Assembly (NCBI GenBank): GCA_008369845.1
Contig: MRSU01010729.1
Coordinates: 56,478 to 76,477, forward strand
Direction: 5' to 3'
Source: Trichomonas gallinae
Lineage: Eukaryota
DNA length: 20,000 nucleotides
Within the stretch, counting starts at the first letter, position 1, and each line of letters starts with the position of its first letter. The notes beneath the pieces are model-generated. The model was not told the DNA's origin. It saw only the letters and a list, made by a program, of their open reading frames with translations, and did no database searches. The position numbers were made by a program, and so were the translations under genes. Shown here piece after piece: positions 1 to 9,000 of this stretch.

Positions 1-3000
1 GCTTGCTGTTGAAACATCTCTGAATGGGGAACTGTCGAATTCGAATTTTTCGATTGTCGGAAGAAGTCTGACGCATGAAACAGCAATTGATGAATGATTT
101 CTAACAGCTGCAATTATTTTACCAAAAGCAGTGTAGTCAGCATTGTTCAAATATGGTTTTAGTTCTGTTGGAATTTGTGCCAATGCATTGTTGATTTTCA
201 GCAATGCATCTTTGACTTTGATAACATCAGATTCTACTGGTTTTTGCTTCTGTTTGAGTTGTCCATATTCGAAGAAGCCTTGATTGAGAGTGTTGGACCA
301 GTCATTGATGATTCTTAATGCTGTCATATCCGTTTTAACCATGTCCTTTGCTTTGAGACTTTCGAGAATAGACTGCAGAGATTGCATCGGATTGATGTTT
401 TCGTCAATTGATTTGATTGCAAGATCAATGTTTGGTGGAGTCTTGATTAATGAATAATCAAGATTGGAAAGAGCTTTTTCGACAATTGTCGTAAATGAGC
501 TGTTTTGTTTGTAAGCTTGAACACCTAACAACAAATTCTTGATATCTTGATTCATCTGTTTTAACTGTTCAGCCAATGGAATGAATTCAGCTGTTGGATC
601 TTGGAATTGAACTTCAAGCTCCTTACCGACTTGATTGTATAGTTGGATTCTTTTCTGTAATTCTTCCGAAACTTTTGGCTTCGATTGAATTTCAGGTGTT
701 TTAATGAGCTCTGAGAACACTTGGATTTCTTTGACGACATCTTGAATGATTTCTCCAACTTGCTCTTTGCTTGGTGGTTTCCTAAAATCATTGATTCCTG
801 ATGCATTGAATGATTCGATTGCGGCATCTATTGCTGCTGCACAAATTGATGTCAAAGGACCAATCTTTGATTCAGGAGCAAGATTTTGGAGTCTTGATGC
901 AATTTCAACAATTCTATCAACTTGTATTTTAGCCTCATCGAGAGCATCTGTTGCATTCTTGATGTAAGGTTGATAGAATGGTCTCTTCTTGAGGTCTTTC
1001 CTGCAATTGTTTTGAGTTTCACGCAATGCAATGAGTCTTTCTCTGACTTCAGAAACAAGTTGGTTGAATTCTGAATTTTGCACTGCTAAGTTTTCTTTGC
1101 ATATTGATAATTGATTCAATTCTCTGGAGATTTCAACTAAAGCTTGTTGGTATTTTGCAAGATGTGGGCAAATAACATTCGTTTCTGTTGATTGAACATC
1201 AGCAACAGTTGCGTTGATTTCGCTCAACAGTTTCGTTGCGTTTGCTGTAAGATTCTGATTTCCAGAAACTGAATTTACCATGTTTGAATATTCATAAATC
1301 TGTGGCAAAGCTTTCTGGAAGTCTAATAATTGTTTCTGGGCTTCTTTAACAAGTAGACCACTTGTTGGATCAGCTTCAAGATTCTGTTGAATGTTTTTCA
1401 TCGAATTAATCTTAGCCAAAATCGCTTGATGTTGTTGTTGAATGAAATTAACTTGATTTGCGTTGAATTTAGCAATGCTTGCTTGAGCTGTTTGCAAAGC
1501 AGAAACTGCAAAATCTGTCGATGATTTCACAACATTCGAAACAGAATCAGGAGTAATGTTAGCAGTCGAAATATTGCAAAGAGCTTCGTCAATAACCGGA
1601 TATAATTGCTGTGATGAATCTATTAAATTTTTAGAGTCAGGAACAGCAGAAAGTGCTTGTGAATGAACTTGCATGAATTGTTTAAGATCTTCTTTCAGTT
1701 GATAAAGTGTATCAACAGAAGCTGATCTTGCTGCATCGTTCATCGGATTCTTATTCAATGCACTTGTTTGTTTCTTTAAACCATTCAATGAATCTTCGAG
1801 TTTGGAAGTAATAACTTGGAGCAATTTAAGTAAAACGACATTGTTCTTGAGATTTTCGTTTCCTAAAATAGGCTGATTCTTTGATAAAATGTCTGCGAGT
1901 TTGTCTGCTACTTCTTCGACCTTTGAGTGATTTCCAAGATAAACTTGGTGAGCTTTTGTATTAGAAACAAGTTCTGGCTGCTTATTAACAGACTTAGCGT
2001 TTGCAACAAGTTTCTCTGTGTTTGAAAGAGCTTTCTGCAGCTCTTTTTCCAGTTCTTCCATTTCTTCGATGCGAACATTGAATGATGCATTGTATTTGTT
2101 GAATTGGTGAACAAAGTCAGACTGTTGATGAACGCTGCTGATTTCTGGAAGATATTTTGTGATTTGTGCTGGATCTTGAATGGCTTTGATTTGTGCTGCA
2201 ATTTGGATAATAGCAGACGAGTTTGCTCTTAATGTATCAACAAGGTCTTGAGCGTTATAACCCATCTGATTGATTTGATCAGCATGAGATAAAACAATAT
2301 TGGCCATTTTCTCTTCGCATTGTGAAACAAAAACCATATTTGATGCAACAGTTTGCGTATAATCGTTTTGAACAAGTTGAGCCTTTTTCTCTTGTGCAGT
2401 TTTCTTGATTTCGATAATTTTGATGTCGGTTTTCTCGATTTGCTTCGTTGTTACATTAATTGCCGCTTTGATATCTCTGATTAAATGACTCGAAATTTCA
2501 TGGATATCAACAGCTGATGTTTCTGCTGTTTGTATAGTTGCGAAAAGGTTTTCAATGTGATTTCTAAGATTCTTAATTCCTTTGTTATCATCATCAAGAC
2601 CAAAATCAACATCTTTGAGGGAATTCTTGATTCTCTCGAATTTGTCAGCAAGTTCGTAAACTGTATTATTTTCTAGATTATCCATTATGTTGCTAAGATC
2701 ATATGAAACCTTTTCGAAAACAGATTTACCTCTTGAATATGACAGTGCCTGAGGATCTGCTCTCCATGTAATATCTTCATCTTGCAAATCATCTTCAATC
2801 ATTTCTCTGTTTGCGAAATTCTGAACTTTTAACATCTTCCATTCTTCTAGTGATGATGTATCATCATTCAAAATATCATCATCGATTACGAACCTTCTAT
2901 CATCACCGATGTTGATTTCGACAGCAGCAATGTTATCGAGATCAATGAGACCAATTTCGTAGTCACCTACATCTCCATGATTATCGTGGGCACCAAACAC

Positions 3001-6000
3001 AAAGTTTTCAGACTTGAGACCGAGTTTTTCGACATCAATTGTTTCATCTCTCAAGAGCTCATTATGGCCTTCAACTATAAACTTCTGGCAGTCGAGAATA
3101 TCATTGATGAAAGACATAATGCTTCTGTAGTCTTTTGATTCCAAATAAATATCTTCCAAAATTCCTTCTTTATCGTAGAATTGGATGTTACAGCTGTGAT
3201 TGATCATTGAATAAGCAATGATATCTGAATACTTGATGACAAGGAAAACGTAAGAATCAGATTTGCTGATCAAAGTGATACAGTTTGCTGAGACTTTGAC
3301 AGTGATTTTTGTGTTATTGTATTGGAATGTGTCAGCACTATCACTTTTGTAAACAGCTTCGTAGATTTCTGGTGAAAAATTATAAATCATTCCAACAATT
3401 GCAAGATATTTGTGTATCGCTTCAAATTGTGTCATCTTCTTATGCATGACAAATTCTTTCTTGAACTGCATTGCAAGCTCTGGTGTCAAAGCTACACTGT
3501 TCGGCAAAGTTGTTTTGACTACTGCGTCACTGACAGAAAATTGTAGTCTTTCAGTTTCTTCTTCTGAATAGCAGTTGCCATATAATTGACAAATTCCAAG
3601 TTCTATTATGCAGTTGATTGAAAATTCGTGTTTTCCTGTTTTGACTTCTTTGATGAGTTCGTGAAAAACAGGAATGTAGTAATTTGGATCAGACATGAAA
3701 TTCGCAAGAATGATGAAGAATCTTCTTTTTACTACAAGATCTATGTAGTACTGTGTTTCTGTTGGAAGTGGATGGAGAAAGTCAAGAGGAATAGTGCCTC
3801 TATTTGGATCTAATGAATAAAAAGTGCAGCCGAATGCTGGGCCAAGACCTAAATACTCGCAAACTGTTCGGACATTTTCTCGAATTGGAACACGAGCTTT
3901 GAGTGTTACTATACTGATGTTTCCATCTTTAGGAGAAACGAAAGCATCGAAAGTATAAGGAACAAGAAAAATGTTTTTGCCTTCTTCTGGATCGATTGTT
4001 TGTAAATGTCTGTTCTTTTCTAGCCATTTGAACATGTTGTTTTCATCTCGATAAATAATATGATATGGAATCTCTTGCGGAATTGCACACATCAGTAAGC
4101 AATATTTGACAGCATCAGGCTCATACCAGTCTGGATTGAATTTATATTCAATAGAATTTGGATCATTAACAAACGGAGATATTTTCAAATTAAGCGTTGA
4201 TTTTGCAACCGATTCAAGAAGTGGAGCATAAGCTTGTTCCTTCATGAGTTTCTGGACTTTGAGACGCTCATTGTATCTTGGACGAACGCCAATTTGATGC
4301 TCATCAATGATTTTTCCAATTTTGGCAGCATCTGGTGAGTTAAACTCGAGATTTCCTATTTGTCCATCTTCGATAACAGCTTTGATGACAATTGTTGATG
4401 AAATCTGTGAATAAGAGACAATGTGAAGATATGAAACCCTCATAAACACGATTTCAGTATCTTTTTCAATAGCTTGGAGACCAAATGGACCAATAGCAAT
4501 TATGCAAGCATTTGCAAAGTTATCATTTTGAGTGCCAACAGATTTAATGTAAACTGCATCAAAGCATTCACATCCGAATTTTGCAAGATTTCGTGCTGTT
4601 GATACATATTTTCTCATAGCTTCTGCTGATGTCATCTTTGGCGATGAACTCAAAACATCTTTGATCTTTGAAGCCGTATCTGATTCAATTTTAGTTGTCT
4701 TTGGCAAAATCTTTTCAACATTATCAATGCGAACTTGTTGTGCTTGCTCAAAGGAAGGAGAATCAGCTAAAATGGAATAAACTGCTAGTTCAATAGCTTT
4801 GGCATCATTCGTTTTCTCATTTCTGTTTAGAATATATTTTCTGACTTCCAAGAAAGATCTTCTATCAATGTGTCTGACATCTTCAATTGTAAAAGTGAAA
4901 AATCTTCTCTTGAAGAATAAAAAGTCTAAGAAAAGTGTCTGTTCAACCAATGGTTTTGTGAGATCAAGAGGTTGTAGACCAGTATGTAGAGGCATTATAT
5001 CTAATGCCTTTGCTTCCATATCCCAATCTTTGTATATAACATAGCCTGAGAAGAAATGGATGTAGAAATAAGAAGCAATTCTCTGAATAGCTTCATGAAT
5101 TGGAGCGGTTAAATCTATTGGAATCAATTCTTTTTGACCTGTTTCCATACTAATAGGAATTCTTGCAATTTGCGGATAAATATAAAGTTCTGATTTCTCT
5201 GATGGATAATTGATACCAAATGGAAGAGTTAAGTCAACAAATTTGTAAACTCCATTTGCACAAACGATGATCATGATATATATAATTGATGGCTCTAAGT
5301 TCAATGAATTAACAATTTTTTGCAAAACTTCTCCTCCACTTTGCAATGATGAAAATTCCATCTTTTTGCTTTCAGAAATTCCCGATAATAACGCATTAAC
5401 TCCAATTGAAATCATATAATCTTTTGACTCAATTTTGTTCTCTTGTCTCATGTTATCAGATAAAATACATAAGTTTGTTCTTGCAATGCTGATGATTTCC
5501 TGGATGATATAATAAATATTTTTCGCTTCTTTTGTGAATGCATAGTAAACTTGTGGATTGAATTCTTCATCACGGAAGCGAATTTCAACTTCATTGAGTC
5601 TAGCATTGAATTCAAGAATATCTGAGAGATTTATTTTAAGATATTGTTGGCCTGTTTCAGCGGAATTTATTATGATTTTATCGATTGCAATATTTAATTG
5701 ATGTTTTGGCTTTGATTTGGCATCATATCCTAAATCACATTTGACATTAAATGTTATCATGGAAAAGTTAGGAAGTGATCTAGCAAATTCTATATAATGT
5801 TTTACGCCACCAATTGCATCAAGCTTTCCATAATCTTGTGTGTAATGATTGAAATGATTTGTGATCTGCGGCTTTGTCATTCCTCTTGGTACCCATTCAC
5901 TGTCTTTCTTTGGAACTAATTCTAAAGTTGCCGGATTTCCTGATAAAGCGGGTATTTGGAAGAAACAGAGTTTGATTACAGCATCGTCTTCAATCTTATA

Positions 6001-9000
6001 AACACCGCGAAGGATTGTTTCTCTTATCTGAAGGAACAAGAACCACAAAGCTTCGAAAGCAAGATTATCTAAAGAGAAAGAAAAGTGTCTCAGCAAAATC
6101 AAAAACGTTTCATCAAGTTTGCATTGCTCAGGAATTGAACGATTGATATCGAGATAAGTTAATTTGTTGTTCTTATCAATAGCGAATGTGATACCAGGGA
6201 AAATTGGAATTCCAAACATTTCAGCGAATCCGTTGATGATTTCGCCGACAGTCATTGTGACATCAATTTTAACTGTCTGTAATCTTGAATCTTTGCTGCC
6301 AATTGGAATAACTTTAATAACAGGATTTTTCTCTAATACGATTAAAGTTGAACACCTTTGTGGACGATAAAGCTTAAGTTGCTTATCTTGTGCAATCCAT
6401 GAATATTCTTTGTCTGGACTCCTATAGAGCACGCAATAAGTATTTTCTTTAGGAAGCTTTAGTTGTTGAAGGAAAACTCTTGAAAGTTGTTGTCCTGTGT
6501 ATTTTAAGTCGACCCAAGCTTTAGGAAGATCACTTAGATATAATGGATCTTTAGATACAAAGAAGTCACGCATAGGACCATGTAATATTCCCCATTCATC
6601 AATGAAGCCACCATTTAATCGTTTAATTTCTTCTTCAATTGCCTTTCTTCTCATTAATTCTCTGTTGTTGATCAAATCGTTGAGAAGTTTTATATTGTAT
6701 TCAAGGAGCATCATGATTGTTGCCATATCTTCCTTGAACATGATTTTGACAATAGCAACATTACCATGATCATCTGAGACGAAAGTCATGATGAGATAAT
6801 TATTCAAGCATTGAAATTTGATGATGAATCTGTAGCCGATCTGAAAAGCAGGTGACATTCCACTTTTTGCAGGAGCAATAACGAAATATAAAGGAGCAAG
6901 AATGAAAACAAAATCTTTGTGAACTTTGGATTTTCTGCCTGGCGTAATTTCTTTGTATTGACATGGATAAATTTCATAACCAAAGTTGTCTAAAACTCTG
7001 ATGTTACCAATGAATTTCTTCAATGCGTGTATTTTATCTTTTGGAGGGAAAGTTGCAATTGTTCTTTTGATCTTTTGCACGAACGATTGATCTATTGGGA
7101 TTTTATCCGGCACAATGCATTTCAAGTAATCAAAGTTTGTGATGTTTTCTATATCTGACATACTCTGACATTCATGTGCATAGGTATACAAAACGCAGAA
7201 CTCCAAAAGTTGTGATTCTGAAACTGGACACTTTAAATCTTTGATTACTTTCATTGTTTCTATCATTGTCATCGTAGCAACTTCTGGTGTGACAAGAATT
7301 TCTCCTGAAAGAATGTAAAATCTTCTTTTAAGAATGATTTTTTTGTAATATGGAATTTGCTCAGGAATGTTAAAACGAAGATCGAGTGGAGTTACTTCCT
7401 TTTGATCATTTTCATACCATAAAGAATAACCCGAAAGAGCTGGGAATTCTATAGCTTTGAAACAATCAGCTGTCAGATCTTCAACTGTTTTTGTAATGTC
7501 GAGTTTAACCGTTTTAACTCTTTCGTCAGGAAAAGTGACTTCAATGTCTTCTATTCTGTTGATAATGTAGACATTCATACCATCTGATACGCCAATCATG
7601 GCAAGAACATCATCTTTGTAGATAAATCTGTATATGTCTGGACCTAAACAGACGAACGGAATGTGATTATCATCATGAATTAATCCAATATTTTTCTCAG
7701 CTATGTTGTTCAAAAGTTGACCTGTGTAGTTTATATCGTAATCAAATTCAGGCAGATCTTGAGTAATAGTTAAAGTCTTTGATGTAGGCAGTTTAACTTT
7801 GAATTTTGCTGAAATTTCTGGTGGAAGAAGTTCAGTTTTTTGAGCTCTTTGTACCATGAGTTTTTTGATGATCATTTTCTGCTGGTTTATGATTTCTTCC
7901 ATTTCAGAGGCAAGCGAACAAATAAATTCATACTTTGCAAGAGATGAGCGTCCGATATAAAAAGCAATAGATAATATATCTTCGACACATTCAACTTTGA
8001 GAATCTTCGTAAAAGAAATTTTTTCTTCTAGAGCATTAGTTTTTAGATCGAATAAAGTTAAAGCTAAAGGAGATACTTCAACAGCCACATCAAGTGTGTT
8101 AACACCTTTAGCATTTGCTACTCTAACTTTGCATTCATAGCTGATGACACCAAAGCCAGGATATCTTCTTATCATTCCCAGCCATCTTCTTATTGCGTTG
8201 AATTTGTCGATTTTAGGGTAGTTCTTGACGTAGTTTAAAAGTTTTGGTCCGAGTGTATGCGAATATTCGCAGCAATCTGGGAACAGGAAATGAATATTAT
8301 CAGGAAATGTTGGATTTTCAAGTGCAGCTGGCTCAGCTTCAATAAAGAACTGAAGGGCGGCAAATTCAAGAGCCATTGCATCCAATATATACAGATTATC
8401 AGCGAAAACTCTTCGCTTTGAATCTTCATATGTTTGAATTGCAGTTTCAAGACTGTAAATATCGATTCTTGATAAAAGAAAGAATTCTCTTCTGAGATTT
8501 AGCTGTGAATAGTTCTTTGTTTGTTCTGGAACAGATTTCTTTTGGTTTAAAGGCAATTCGATTCCTCCTTCTTGAGAATATAGTGAATATCCATAAGGAT
8601 TAACTATTTCAAGTTTCTTTGCGAGGTCTTCTATGACATTTGCAACCGGTAGCTCAGCATCTATATTAACCATTCTTGGTGGGAAATGAGAAGTCATTAC
8701 TCTGACCTTTAAATCACGCATATAGACAGTTAGTATTGATCCATCAGGGAATTTATATCTTTCTAAGCTTGAGCCTTCTTTTAGCCAATATGAATCAGAT
8801 TCTTCTGCCGAAAAAAGAAAAGAGTATCTTAGATCGTTATCTAATTGGAAGTGATTAACAACAAGGCCTCTTACATCAGCGTATTCATACATTTGGAAAA
8901 ATGTTAATTCTGTTGTTCGCTTATCATCCCAACTAAGGATGACTTTGATTTTATATGACTGCATGCCTTGCTTTTTCCACATCTCCGCAAGTTCTTCACC

